Source: Chiloscyllium plagiosum (Eukaryota). From it: a DNA stretch of 64,000 bases. Each line of letters begins with the position of its first letter. The stretch's first letter is position 1. The translations under genes were made by a program, and so were the position numbers. The notes below the pieces were generated by a model that saw nothing but the letters and a program-made list of their open reading frames with translations, made no database searches and was not told where the DNA came from. Below are positions 1-13,525 of the stretch, piece after piece. The stretch covers positions 15,888,550 to 15,952,549 of the forward strand of contig NC_057750.1 of assembly GCF_004010195.1 (NCBI RefSeq), read 5' to 3'.

Positions 1-11
1 TGCAATCATAA

Positions 12-800
12 AACATAGAACAATACAGCGCAGAACAGGCCCTTTGGCCCTCGATGTTGCGCTGACCTGTGAACTATTCTCAGCTCATCCCCCTACACTA
101 TCCCAAAATCATCCATGTGCTTATCTAAGGATTGTTTAAATCTCCCTAATGTGGCTGAGTTGACTACATTAGCAGGTAGGGCATTCCACGCCCTTACCAC
201 TCTCTGCGTAAAGAACTTGCCTCTGACATCTGTCTTAAATCTGTCACCCCTTAATTTGTAGTTATGCCCCCTCATATATGCTGACGTCATCATCCTAGGA
301 AAAAGACTTTTACTGTCTACCCTATCTAATCCTCTGATCATCTTGTATGTCTCTATCAAATCCCTCTTAACCTTCTTCTTGCCAATGAGAACAGGTTCAA
401 GTCTCTCAGCCTTTCCTCATAAGACCTCTCCAGACCAGGCAACATCCTGGTAAATCTCCTCTGCACCCTTTACAATGCTTCCACATCCTTCCTGTAATGG
501 GGCGACCAGAACTGTACACAATATTCCAACTCCATTTGCCACCTCTCAGCCCAATTCTGCAGTTTATCCACATCCCCCTGCAACCTGTAACATTCTTCCA
601 CACTGTCCACTACTCCGCCGACTTTAGTGTTGTCTACAAATGTACTAATCCATCCGCCTATGCCTGCGTCTAAGTCATTTATAAAAATGACAAACAGCAG
701 TGGTCCCAAAACAGATCCTTGTGGCACACCATTAGTAACCGGACTCCAGGCTGAATATTTTCCATCAACTACCACTCGCTGCCTTCTTTCAAAAAGCCAA
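12..800 (-). mobile_element. CR1 LINE 3' fragment
   Basis: RT motifs GVPQGSVLGPLLFVIFINDL, YCVQFWSP and FFTQRVVRAWNALP; 3' tail ends in short (ttctatg)-type repeats. Confidence 0.9.
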
Positions 801-804
801 TGAA

Positions 805-1640
805 CATCCCCATTTCTGACCTGATGATGGAGGGAAGAACATTGATGAAGTAACTGAAGATGGTTGGGCCTAGGACACTACCTTCAGGAATGCCTGCAGA
901 AAATGCCAGGAGCTGAGATGACTGTCCATCAACAAGCATATATATGCTGGTAGAGAGTTTCTCTCCTGGTTCCCATTGATGCTAGTTTTGCTAGGGCTTC
1001 TTGAGGCCAAACTCAGTCAAATGTGGCCTTAATGACAAGGGCTGTCACTCTCACCTCACCTCTGGAATTCAGCTCTTTTGTTCATGTTTGAACCAAGACT
1101 GTAATAAGGTCAGGAGCTAGGTGGCCCTGGTGCCAGACTGGATATCAGTCAGCAGGTTGGTGTGAGACAAGTGCTGCTTGATAACACTGTTGATGACACC
1201 TCCCATCACCTTATGATGATTGGGAGCAGACTGATGGGGTGGTACCCGAATTGGCCAGTTGGATTTGTCCTGCTTTGTGTACAGGACATACCTGGACAAT
1301 TTTCCACATTGTTGGATAGGTGCCAGTGTTGTAGCTGCACTGGAAAAGTTTGGCTAGGGGTGCAGCGAGTTCCAGAATATAAGTCTTCAGCATTATTGCC
1401 AGAATTTGTCAAGACCCACAACCTTTGCAGTATCGAGTGCCTCCAACTGTTTCTTGATATCACATGGAGTGAATCAAATTGGTTGAAGGCTGGCACCTGT
1501 AATGTTGGGACCACTGAAGGAAACACAAATGGATCAGGACTTCTTGCTGAAGATTGCTGCCAATGCATCAGACTTATCTTTTGTATTGATATGCTGGGCT
1601 CTTCCTTCATTGAGGATGGGAATATTTGTGGATCCCTTTT
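805..1640 (-). mobile_element. CR1/L2-group LINE RT fragment (second family)
   Basis: ELAAPLAKLFQCSYNTGTYPTMWKIVQVCPVHK and YHPISLLPII in broken frames. Related pieces at about 41220-42050 and 43490-44470. Confidence 0.75.
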
Positions 1641-1794
1641 GTAACAGTCCCAAGTTTGCAGGTAACACAACACTAAATAATGGGGCAAATTGTGAGGAGG
1701 ATGCCAAGGTCCTTCAAGAAAATTTGGCAGATGGGATACAATATGAAGAAATGTAAGGTTATCCATTTTAATTGTAAATTCAGAATATATTTTT

Positions 1795-2692
1795 CTTAAT
1801 TTTCAAATTCATTAGCTGCTGTTTTAGTGTGTTGGTGGATTTGCGGGCTACCATGATGCCAAAAGGTCTCAATAGTCTGCCAGTCATTTCCGAGATGTTT
1901 TTGATGTAGGGGAGAGTACCTAGGGTTTCTGGGCACGTTTTGTTTGCTTGTTTGGGTTTGTTGCTGAGAAATTAGCAGACTGTATTCATTGGGTACCTGT
2001 TCTTTATGAATATGCTGTATAGGTGATTTTCCTCTGCTCTTCATAGTTCCTCTATGCTGCAGTGTGTGGTGACTCATTGAAATAAAATTCTAAAGCGGTT
2101 TCATTTGTGGGTGTTGGGATGATTGCTTCTGTATGCAGCTAGTGAACTTGAAAGATCCCATATAGACAACAAACAAAACTAGTGTCATTTACAAAATACC
2201 TTGCAAGAACTGTAACAAACCCTACATTGGACAAACAGGCAGAAAATTAGTCATCAGGATACATAAACATCAACTAGCCACAAAAAGACATGACCCACTC
2301 TCACTAGTATCCTTACATACAGATGAAGGAGGACACCACTTCGACTGCGACAACACCTCCACCCTAGGGCAAGCCAAACAGAGACACGCACAAGAATTCC
2401 TAGAAGCATGGCATAGAATATGTTTGTCTATCAACAAACATATTGACTTGGACCCCATTTACCACCCTCTGAGGAAAAGAACAGGAGATGACATAACCAC
2501 AGGAAATGACATCACTAACCCAAGGAAACCTAAACACATAAATAGAAAGCGGTCACTAACACCAGTGCTTCACCGGCGCCTCACTGATGATGTTACCTAG
2601 TATGGTAGTGAAATGTCAAAAAATGAACCTCCAGCCCAGCAAACTTACATCCAGAACCTCAACCTGACCTACAAATCTTCTCAAAACCCATC
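1795..2692. mobile_element. Penelope-like element (family A) with inverted 5' segment
   Basis: The + part (about 2135-2692) encodes GIY-YIG VIYKIPCKNCNKPYIGQTGRKL..RIHKHQ, with a decayed hammerhead at about 2581-2617. About 1795-2130 is the upstream segment in opposite orientation. Confidence 0.8.
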
Positions 2693-3369
2693 ACTTAATT
2701 TATTATACAAAATACATTACCTTGTAACTTATGCTCATTCTATTTCTAATTCATTCATTAAAAGTACATTAACTTTTATTCAGGCAGGTACATTCCACCC
2801 ATTCTCACATCTTATCCTCAAAGCTTAAAAATAGGGTAGAGATGAAATCCATTATTGCTGTCAGATCTGGTGCCCACCTCTTAATTGCTTTGAATCAGCT
2901 GCATGTGCATAAAACAGTAAAATAATTGACTATTTCTTGGATAACATTGTTATTTCTTTCCTGAAAATACAACTTTGAAACAATATTAAACATATCAGAT
3001 TTTCTCATTATACAAATGTAAAACCTTATTTAAATTTTGTTGGACCTTTCTCAGTAAAAAGCATTAAGTTGAAATAATATGTCCTTAAATTGTTTTTGTC
3101 AGAAATGACATTTTTAACAAACTTAGAAATGTATAACTACGGTAGCTCAACTGAATGCTGCTGCTCCAGTTTGCTGATCCTCCGACTCACTAACTGTCCT
3201 TTCCTGCCTGTTGCTTCCCACCTTACCTGCTCTCCACTTTGATCATCAAGTTTCTGTTCACCATGTCTTCCACTTGCTGCTTCTTTACCCATTCCAGTCA
3301 CTCCCTAGCCTTTTCTCTCTTCTGTACAATTGCTATGAGTGAGATCTTGGAAGAGGGGTGGTGAGGGAG

Positions 3370-4097
3370 AAGTGTATTCATTTCCTGAATGATGAGAAAT
3401 TGGAAGTGTAGATATGCAAAGGGGCTGGGTGTCTTTGTCAATTCATCACTGAAGGCTAGCATGCAGGTACAGCAATCTATTGCGAAGGTAAATGGAATAT
3501 TAGCCTTTATTGCAAGAGGATTTGAGTACAGCAATAGTGAGATATGACTTCTATTATATAGAAGCTTGGTCACATTGCACCAGGAAAGTACTGTATGCAG
3601 TTTTTGGGTCTCCTTATCTCAGGAAAGATATTACTGCCATAGAAGGAGTGCAGTGAGGTTCACTGGATTTGTTCCTGGGTGGCAAGCTGATCCTATGAAG
3701 AGAAATGAGCAAAATGGCCCTGCATTCTCTCAATTTCAAAGGTGATCTCGATGAAACGTATAAACGGTTTGAGACAGGCAGAGTAGATATTTTCTCCCAA
3801 ATAGGGAGTCTAGAACCAATGGGCACAATTTAGAAAAAGGGAGATGCCATTTATGACTGAGGTAAGGAGAAATTCTTTTACTTACAATTTATAAATCTTT
3901 GGAACTCCAGAAGACTGTGGAAGCTCAGTCGTTGAGTATATTTGAAAACAGAAGATATAAGATTTCTGATTACCAATAGCATAAAGAGTTATATGGATAG
4001 TGTGGGTAAAAGGCATTGAATTGTTAGATTAGCCATGATTGTATTAAATGACAGAGCAGACTCAGTGAGTAGAATGGCCTAATCCTGTTCCTATGTT
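3370..4097 (+). mobile_element. Degenerate CR1 LINE 3' fragment
   Basis: Remnants of ANGILAFIARGFEY, YCMQF.SP and RTNGH, plus a CR1-type 3' tail. Confidence 0.75.
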
Positions 4098-5204
4098 CTT
4101 AAGAGAGGAGGGAACAAGAGGCACTCCAGTTTGAAGGGTAGTAAGGAAAGTGGCAAGCAGAAGAATGACTGGGTGAGAGAGTGGCAGTGAGTCAGAGAGA
4201 GGTGGAATGTAGCAGAGAGCTGGTGAGTTAAGAGAGGCGGCAAGCTGGAGGTCAGTGAGTGGGAGTGAGTCAATGAGCCAGAAGAGGGTCAGCTAGCAAG
4301 GGAATAAGCATATGGGTGGCAGATGGGGTTCAGCAAGTCACAGAAATAGCAAGTGCATATAGTAAATACCACTGATGTATTCTTCACAGAGGTAAAAAGG
4401 TTACTTTGAACGTGAGGACAAGCCTCTCCTAATTGGTACAGAAGAGGTCAGGTGGTGCCCATAGATCTCTGGAACTCAATGACTTTAAAATGCAAAGATG
4501 TTGAATGAGATAACTTAAAATGAGCACTTAATGTAGAACAATTAGTGCTGAAATATCTAATTCAGAATATGGCTGCATTCTGAAACCAAAACTGACAGCA
4601 CTATTAAATGGACAGTGACTTTTGACATAATTCTGCTGGTGACTGGAATATTTCTCCAGCTGTCTTGATACATTTTCACCTCATTTTTCAAAGTATTGTG
4701 ACCATATTAAATTATACCAGCGAAAACATTTCCCAAATGTTCACCAGATCAATTCAGATCACTAAAGGTACCATAATAATGGAAAGTATTCTCCTATTTC
4801 TACAAAAATGCTTGGATAAACTAATTTGGTCCAGATTCCCTCCAGAGATGAAAATTTAGCCTGAATCATTTGGCCGAAATAATCTGTGGTCCAGAACCAA
4901 CTCTGGGTTGTTCTATCTTCAGACTAACCAAATACTGACTTGTGATCAGAAGAAATATGTTCAATTGGTACTCAAAGAGCACCACCTTCAGGGCTTTCAA
5001 GGTGGAGCAGCCTGTGTCACAAAATGTTTTTTGAAAACATTTTGACCAAGCATCCACATCAAGAAAGTTAACCTCTATCTGGCCTCTCTACAGATGTTGA
5101 CAAGCTGTGTGATTTTGGTATGTTCTCTGTTTACTTAGAACAATTATTTGTTACCTTGGGATGGGGTAAGGAAAATAATTTAGTGTGATTGGGGGAGCAT
5201 AATA

Positions 5205-7230
5205 TCTAGAGTCATAGAGATGTACAGCATGGAAACACTCTTCAGTCCAACTCGTCCATGCTGACCAGATATCCCCAAATTAATCTTGTCCCATTTGCCA
5301 GCACTTGGCTCATATCCCGCTAAAACCTTCCTATTCATATACTCTCACCTTAAACCTATACCTTCTAGTTTTGAACTCCTTTACCCTGGGGAAAAGACTT
5401 TGGTTGTTCATCCTATCTATGCCCTCATGATTTTATAAGGTCACCCCTCAGCCTCCAACACTTCAGGGAAAATAGCCCCAGTCTATTCAACCTCTTCCTA
5501 TATCTCAAACCTTCCAACCCTGGTCACATCCTTGTAAATCTTTTCTGTACCCTCTCAAGTTTCACAACATTTTTGCTGTAGCTGGGAGACCAGAATTGAA
5601 TGCAGTATTCCAAAAGTGGCCTAACTAATGTCCTGTATGGTTGCAAAAGACCTCCCAACTCTAATATTCAATACACCGACCAATAAAGGCAAGTGTACCA
5701 AATACTTGCTTCACTATCCTGTTTACCTGCAATTGCATTTTCAGGGAATATTAGATTACCTACAGTATGGAAACAGGCCCATCTGCCCAACAAGTCCACA
5801 CCAAACTTCCGAAGAGTAACCCACCCAGACCCATTCCCCTACCCTGTATTTACCCCTGACTAATGCACCTATGGGTAATTTAGGATGGCCAATTCACCTG
5901 ATCTGCACATCCTTAGATTGTGGGAGGAAACCCACACAAACACGGGGAGAATGTGCAAACTCCACACAGACAGTCGAACCCAGATCCCTGGCACTGTGAG
6001 ACAGCAGTGCTAACCACTGAGCCACCATGCCACCCCGCACCCCAAGCTCTCTTTGTTCCGCAATGCTCCCCAGGACTTTACCCTTAAGTGTATATGTTCT
6101 CCCTGATTTGCCTTTCCACAATGCAGCACCTCACATTTATCTAAATTAAACTCCATCTACCACTCCTGGGCCCACTGGATCCAGGTCCTGTTGTATTCTG
6201 AGATAACCTTCTTGGCTATCCACTGCATTACCAATTTTGATGTCATCTGCAAACTTACTAACCATACTTCCTATATTCACATCCAAGTCATTTATATAAA
6301 TGACAAAAAGTCAAACGGATCCTTACGGCACACCGATGGGTCACAGGCCTTGAGTCCAAAAAGCAACTCTCCACCACCACCCAAATATGTTCACTGACTG
6401 TACTCCCTGGAATATCCTCTCTCAGTACAGCCATAATGTTATCCCTAATCAAAAAGCCATTACCCCTCTTCTCTTGCCCTTCTTTCTATCCTTCACATTG
6501 CACCTCTACCCTAGAACATTTAGTTGCCTGTCCTGTCCATCACTGAGCCACATCTCTGTAGCAGTTATGATATCCCAGTCCTGTGTTCCCACCCATGCCC
6601 TGAGTTCATCTGTCTTACCTGTCAGGCATCTCACATTTAAGTAAATGCAGTTTAATTTATCAGTTCTACCTCGTTCTCTACTTTGTTCCTGCCTGACTTG
6701 CTCCTATTCCCAAGTGCACCATCCTCACACTGATCTCTTTTCTCACTATTTCTCTGGGTCCCACTCGCTTCCCAATCCCCCCACATTACCAGTTTAAATC
6801 CTATTGGGTAGCTCCAGCAAATCCCCCCACCAGTATATTAGTCCCCTTCCAATTCAGGTGCATCTCATTCTTCTTAAACAGGTCACTTCTACCCCAGAAG
6901 AGATTCCAATATCCAAAAATATGAATCCTTCTCCTCTCCACCATAAGTAACTAGCCTTGAGGACATGATTTTTGACTTGCTAGTTCATTTCCTTTATTCT
7001 CTCCTCAGAATCTTGTCCTTTTTCTCTGCCTATGTCGTTGGTTCTAATTGTACAATAACCTCCTGCTGGTCCCTCTCTCCTTTGAGAATATTCTGCACCC
7101 TGTCCGAAACATCCTTGATCCTAGCACGAGGCAGGCAACTCACCTTTCTGATCTGTCATCTGTCTGTGCCTCTGACTAGAGAGTCCCCTAACGCAATCAA
7201 TCACTTGGAACCTGATGTATTCTTTAAAAT
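5205..7230 (-). mobile_element. CR1 fragments with nested tRNA SINE (about 5750-6035, minus)
   Basis: RT C-terminal motifs at 5205-6375 and an ORF1/endonuclease-region remnant at 6385-7230 similar to 60960-61800. SINE head ggtggcatggtggctcagtggttagcactgctg. Confidence 0.75.
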
Positions 7231-7599
7231 ATTCTTTTCTCAGACTGGTAACTCTCCCTCTATTGCAAGAAATGATTATATTCTAAGAGATTACCTTGAC
7301 CGGCTGCTGCGGATTGGTACATTTCAAAGTCCAGGACTACATGCTGAGGGATGCACTAAAGCTTGGGGCACGTGCTGCCAAGGTGCAATGGGAAAAGACA
7401 GCTGTCCAGGGTCTTTCTGCCAAATTATAACAAGGGCCCGTTTGGTTGTCAGACCTTCTTGTTGCCTCCATATGAACATAACAGCACGGTGGCTCAGTGA
7501 TTAGCACTACTGCCTCACAGCACCAGGGGTCTAGAACACTTATATGTACTTACAGATGATTTTATGAACAAAGTATATTTTTGAAATTTAAAAAAAGCC

Positions 7600-10376
7600 C
7601 AATTTGTAGCAGACCTCCTGTTTCTGCTGGAGTGCAGGATATCACACCTCAGCAACTAAAGGAAATGGAGCTGTGGGCCCACAGGCCTCAATTTGGTCAG
7701 GTAGTACTGATTGCTGTTCCTCCAGCCTGGATATTCTGCTGCTAGGAGGCAACTTCAACATCTCCTAGGGAAGTGGTGGTCAGATGCCTCCTCATAGCAG
7801 ATACTATGTACAGAATCAATTCTGCGAGACAAATTAACACGTATGCCCCAGCAGTAAAGAGTGAGTGGCTGGTCGTTCTGCAACTGCTGCCATTTTTGCT
7901 GGCGATGTGCAAGCCGGTCATTCTGGTGACTTGAACTGTATCATCAATGCAGCTGGACTCAGCTCAAGGACAGAATTCCTGTTTGTGTCCTGGGTATTGT
8001 TGAGACGGTGTTCTTCTCTGACCTCTACCTTCTGTTAACTGTCTGTCACCTTCAGGACGATCAGCAAAGGAAAGTGGAAGCTGAACATACTAAGGAGCTC
8101 AAAAGGGATTACACAGATTGGAGAACTATGAAATCCCTCTTTGAGTCTCCAGCAGACTGGTGGGGAACAGTTGAGGAGAACATCAAGAGGTTCTTTCATC
8201 ATTAAAGGTGTTCAAAAGGTGAGAGAGTAAGATGGGCAGTCCTGTCCAAACTCCAGAAAAGCATGCAGAACTTAGTCCTGCTGCAGACAATGGGGGTCAA
8301 TATCAAGGAGGATTTCCAGGAGATGAACAACTTGCAAGCCTCTCTTTTTGCCTCAGAGACCTCCAAGATAATCTTCTGGTCTAGAGTCCATTCTATACAT
8401 GTGCTTCTTCTCCCAAAAGATGCACCGGCAGAGCTCTGATCAAAAGCCTGAAGGAAGAAGATGTCATTTCAGTCTGACATCCCAAGGATAGCAAATCCTT
8501 TATGCCAGACTGTGTGACACGATGCCCACAGCATGTTTTCTCAGTTGTTCCCATATTCTATGATAAAGATCTTAAATGATAGCATGCGGGAGAGGCTAGA
8601 TCAGCCATTAGCTCTGGATGAGTTGACCAAGGCCCTCGAGTCCTTTGAAAAGAATAAAACGCTCGGAAGCGATGGCTTGCTGGCCAGGTTGTATTCAACT
8701 TTATGGGTCGTGATTCGCCAAGATCTGCTGGAGGTATACAAGAGCATACTTCTATCAGGTAGCATGTGCGAATCGATGAAAGAAGATATTAATAGCTTTT
8801 TCTACAAGTAGAAGGGGGAGAGGGAAGAAATTAGATATTGGTGATCAGTTTCAATGTTAAATTTAGATTATAAAATCGTGTCCAAGGTCATCACCAATTG
8901 AGTTAGGTCTGCTCTGAGCTCAATGATTCACCCCAACCAACTAATGTATACTGGGCAGGAAGATCTCTCAGAGCCTTGAGCTTCTCAGGTATATGATCAC
9001 CTAAGTGCAGGAAAGGGAGAATGGACATTTGCCTAATCAGTTTGGACCAGGATATTGCCTTTGACAGGATATTGCACACCTACGTGAGGGATGTGTCCTC
9101 CAAAATAGGCTTTGGGGAGTGAATGCACAAACTACACCATTTTACACCAACATCGGTAGTGGAGTCTCAATCAACGGGTGGGAATAAGAAAGCTTCCTGA
9201 TTAGATCGGCGGTCAGGCATGGCTGTGCCCTCTCTCCTGCTCTGTTTCTGTGTTGTATAGGGCCTTTTTCTGAGTCCTTCAGGAAGACTACAAGCCAGAG
9301 AGGGGTGACAGTTCTGGGCACAGAGACCAGCAAATCAAAGCCTCCCTATACATGATGACGTCACTGTTTTCTGCCTGGATCTGCTTCAGTACACAGACTC
9401 ATGAGCATCTATGACCAGTTCGAACTGGCCTCAGGAGTCAAGGTAAATCAAGGCAAGAGCAAGGCCATATTCTTTGGGATTTGGGCCGATCAATTCTTTA
9501 TGCCCTTTGCCATCAGGTCAGATTATCTGAAGGTCCTGGCCATAAGATTCGGAATGGCTGGGTGCGTGCCAAGATGTGAGAAGAGTGTATTGCCAACATG
9601 AGGTACAAACTGGTCAAATGGGAGCATCATTCTTTTTCCATTTCGGGTAAAAACCTGGTCATCACATTGTAAGATGTGCTCAGTTTTGCTGTGGCACATT
9701 TGTCAGAACTTTCCAACAAGATGTAGCTTGTCTGGTGGTGAGAAGGGCACTACCTGGGAGATCCTTCATGTTTGTGGCACACTGTCTACAAAGAGGTCAC
9801 ACATCTTCTGGAATGTGCCTATGCAAAGTTGTGGAGAGAGACGCAGTGGTTTTGTCAAAGTTCATCCCAAGCAACTCTTGTGATGCAGGACTCTATCCTC
9901 TACTGTCTGTTCCCCAGGACACACACTGAGACAAACTTCGACTGCAACCGCAAGATCATCAATGAAAAATGTTCTTTGATCTGCTCAAAAGTTGTTGGTC
10001 TTCCAGCACAAATAATTTACCTCAACAGAATGTTGCAGACTGCCACAGTCCAAGGTTCTGGAGAACATGCTGAGGGATGCATTAAACCTTGGGGCATCTG
10101 CCACCAAATTGCAGTTGGGCAAAACTATCATGTAAGATATTTCTGCCAAAGTTAAATGGGGGTCCGTTCAGTTATTAGCTCCTCTCATTGCGTCAAATAT
10201 ACTCAAATAGAATCCTTTGAGAGTAGGAAATGCTTTTGGTTTCTTGCACCTTCAGGGAATGTCAAATTCTAGTGTTTACTTTTCTCTATATTGCAAATAT
10301 TATATAGAACTGCTTTAGTACCTGTGTCTGTGCATAGTTTTTAATGAATAAAGTGCATTTTTTCAATTAAAAAAAT
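7600..10376 (+). mobile_element. Degenerate Tx1/L1-clade LINE (ORF2 remnant)
   Basis: GDLNCII (APE endonuclease), KNKTLGSDGL..LYSTLW, LDQ..AFDRI.H and VRHGCALSP motifs. Ends AATAAA...A7 at 10348-10376. A second 3' end of the same family lies at about 7290-7597. Confidence 0.75.
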
Positions 10377-13266
10377 CTGTAGACAAGTGTTGGTTGGAGG
10401 ATTGGGTGCATGAGTTAGTCTAGATATACACACTCTCCAACACCTCCACTTCACCTGTAAGTGTTTCTGACAAAGTCTTTTGATATGTTTATGCCTTCCT
10501 AAATGTACCTTCTTTGCTTTATTTGGTCACAAGCCAAAGATACCCAAGGGTTGGTTGGGATATTTGATGTCTCTAGGGTTATGAGGATTTCCCCCCTAAA
10601 ACATTTTAGTTATCTTCCTGGTATTCTCCTTCTTTACAGTAATATATTCATCCAAACACTTGGAGATTTAGGTGTGTTCTGTTAGAAGACAATTCAGGTG
10701 CTAGTTTAATAGGTACTAGTGTTAATACTAAGGTATTTTCCGACAATTACATAATTGTAATTATTGAAAAAAATGTATTTGCAATCTTAAAGGTTCTTTC
10801 TTTTCTTGCAATTCTTGTCCCTTTGTTTAAATGAAATTGTGGATCATCAGTGGCACCACACATTGAAACTCACTGATTTACAGATTTCCACTACTCATTC
10901 TTTGAAGAAAACCTGCTCATTAGTCATGGTCTCTTGTTCTGGATTCCATTCACCAGAAGAAAGAGTTTGTATTTATTGTATAAATTTATTTTAATCAGAT
11001 CAGATCACCCTTTAAATTTATATTCAAAGGAATACAAGCCTAGTTTAGGCAACTTGCCCTCAGTTTAACCCTTTTAGTCCTTGTATAATGTGCATTCTGA
11101 TATGATACACACTGCCATGATGTTTTCCAGTGCATTGCCTGGTGGCTTATGGTTAGCCTGCAATCAATCCTTTTGGTCTCTGGAGCTGTTCAGTATTCTG
11201 AGTTGGAAGATGGACCATGAATATGTCTCAGCAGCAGGGCCTCTTGTCTTTCACACATTATGTATTCTATTACATCATAGTAACTATATACAAGTTACAC
11301 TAACTCTCCACATTATTAACTAAAACAAGAGACCAACTGAATCTCCACCCAGATGCTGATTGATATCAGACCTATCAGGACACAGGACGATGGAAACATG
11401 AACCCTTTCACCATCGTGACCTTATGCAATGTACAAATCTGACACAATTCATGGGCTTTCCCAAAAAGTGGAAGGTTCTAGCTCCTAAGTTAGCAGAGCT
11501 AATTTCTCCTGATCTTTCAAACTGCTCCCAATAGCTTGAAAGTTAAGGGATGATCAAATCATCCCTTAACTTTCTAAATTCCAGGGAATACAATTCTAGC
11601 CTGTGTAGTGTCTCTTTGTAATTTAACTCCAAACATTAAGTAAAATTATGCCTTTTTGATGGTTTAATGTCCAGAACCACTTACAATATACCAGCTATGC
11701 TCTGAACCAGGCTTTGTATAGCTATATTGAGACTTGACCCTCAGATTCTAATCCTCAAGATATAAAGGTCAGCCTTCATTTAGGCCATTTTTTTGCACCA
11801 GTTTGTGGCATTTTAATAATCCCAAGGATCTTTCTGTTTCTGTAGATTTTGGCTTTTCATTATTTCTAAACTGCTCTGTTCCTACCTTTTGGGTCAAATG
11901 AATAGATAGCCTTACTTTTGCTGACATTGAAATCTATATATCATAGTTCTGCCCATCTATATAATCAATTGTTATGTTCAGCTTCTATCCCCACTGCTCA
12001 TAAATACTGCCTGTCTTTCTAAGTTCAGCAAACATGGCTATTATTTATCCAATAATGAATATAAATTAAAAACAAATACCAAGGCTGTTCGAGAGGTCTT
12101 CCTTTGTGAAAATTGCTTGCTGCACTGCCCCTACACTTAAATGATTGTACTTCAAAAGCAATTTTGATTGTCCCAAGATTATGAAAGATTTCACATAAAC
12201 TCAATACCTACCTTTGCTTTAAATTAACTAACCTTAAAAATTGGTAAAATCAACTAATGGTTAGGGGACAAACCACTAATCTATATATGTCACATCCTGC
12301 TATATTTTTCCAATCCTAATATTTCAGATTCCAACTTTTCAAACTGTTTAAACATTCAATAGATTTTAATACCTATTCTATTATTCAATTTAGTGGATTG
12401 ATCTGTGTGTTAACTCCATTGACCTACCTTACTTCCATAACCATGGAAACCCTTGTCCAACCAAGTGCAGAACTGAAATTTTGTTTGGTAATTAAATATC
12501 GACCAGGGATTTTCAGGAGAACTCCACTGGCCATATTCAAAATAGTGCCTTTTATATTGGCCTGAAAAGGTCATTTAAAACAGTCTGCTCTGCCAGTATC
12601 AAACTCCCACAGAACTGGCACTGAAGACTTTAATGTTACATTCAAGCACTCTAGTGGTAATGGACAGAGGCAGAGTCGAAGTTCAAGGAAATGTTTACAC
12701 TCACCCCCTCCATTTCAAAGATCATACATCGAACTGAATTGTTATTTTAATCAACTTGGTTGGATGTTATAACACATCTGGAGCAAGTGAGGGTTCACAA
12801 GAGCCCCTCAAACTGCATAAGTAGATGAATTTGAATCTCACAATGTCATCATGATCATCTTTGTTGTGTCGGAGAAGAAAAATGCTCCATTGCATTGTCC
12901 ACCAATCAGATTCAACTTGCTAACTCATGCAGAACAAATGGTTGCTCCCTTTGAAATGTGGTATTCTTGCATCTGTCCTGATGAGTGCAAGGGTTGAACT
13001 TTGGCAAGCAGGCCTCTTTCTTTACCAGTACTGACTATCCATAAAAATGGTATTATTCCGAAAATAAATGGTACAGATGCTCGCAAAATTAAACACTCCG
13101 CATTCACCTACAAGTAAACCACGCCATTGAATAAAGAGGGAGTCAAATATCACCAGGATTCAGTCAGTTTCCAATCTCAGCTTGTCCAAGTGGTGAAGAG
13201 GACATAAAAACAGGGTGTGAGAGAGAGCTCACGGCAAGTCTCTCGTCGCCTCCGAGCCTTCCGGGC

Positions 13267-13280
13267 GTTGCCATGGCGAC
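13267..13280. promoter_or_regulatory. RFX X-box motif
   Basis: GTTGCCATGGCGAC, one mismatch from the palindrome GTTGCCATGGCAAC. A second RFX-like site GTCCTTAGCAAC lies at 13374-13385. Confidence 0.7.
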
Positions 13281-13327
13281 AGGACAGCACCAATATGGTC
13301 CCGATATCGCGAGATATCCTTGAGTCC

Positions 13328-13341
13328 AATCTCGCGAGATT
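13328..13341. promoter_or_regulatory. TCTCGCGAGA (CGCG element, BANP-type) palindrome
   Basis: Perfect 14-bp palindrome AATCTCGCGAGATT, with a variant TATCGCGAGA at 13305-13314 and CCAAT at 13290 and 13326. Confidence 0.75.
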
Positions 13342-13525
13342 AACCCCTCCCACCCGCTGTCTCCCGCTCGCGCGTCCTTAGCAACGGAGCAGGGCGTCAC
13401 ATGGAGAGTGGTCACTCGGCTCCCGCCGGCTACGTTTGGGAGCTGCTCCTGTCATGGCGTGACCCAGAAGCTCTCCTCTCCTTTTAACTTTTGTCCTAAT
13501 GTTCAGTCAGGAGAGATTCAAGGCC

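Noticed and set aside
2878..2961. Minus-strand exon candidate (ttttcag acceptor), and another at about 12705-12777
   Set aside because: Stops in all frames and no recognisable product.
12972..13008. CTGATGA-containing repeat (also about 33760-33780 minus) as a further hammerhead
   Set aside because: The GAAA half and stems are too degraded to support the call.
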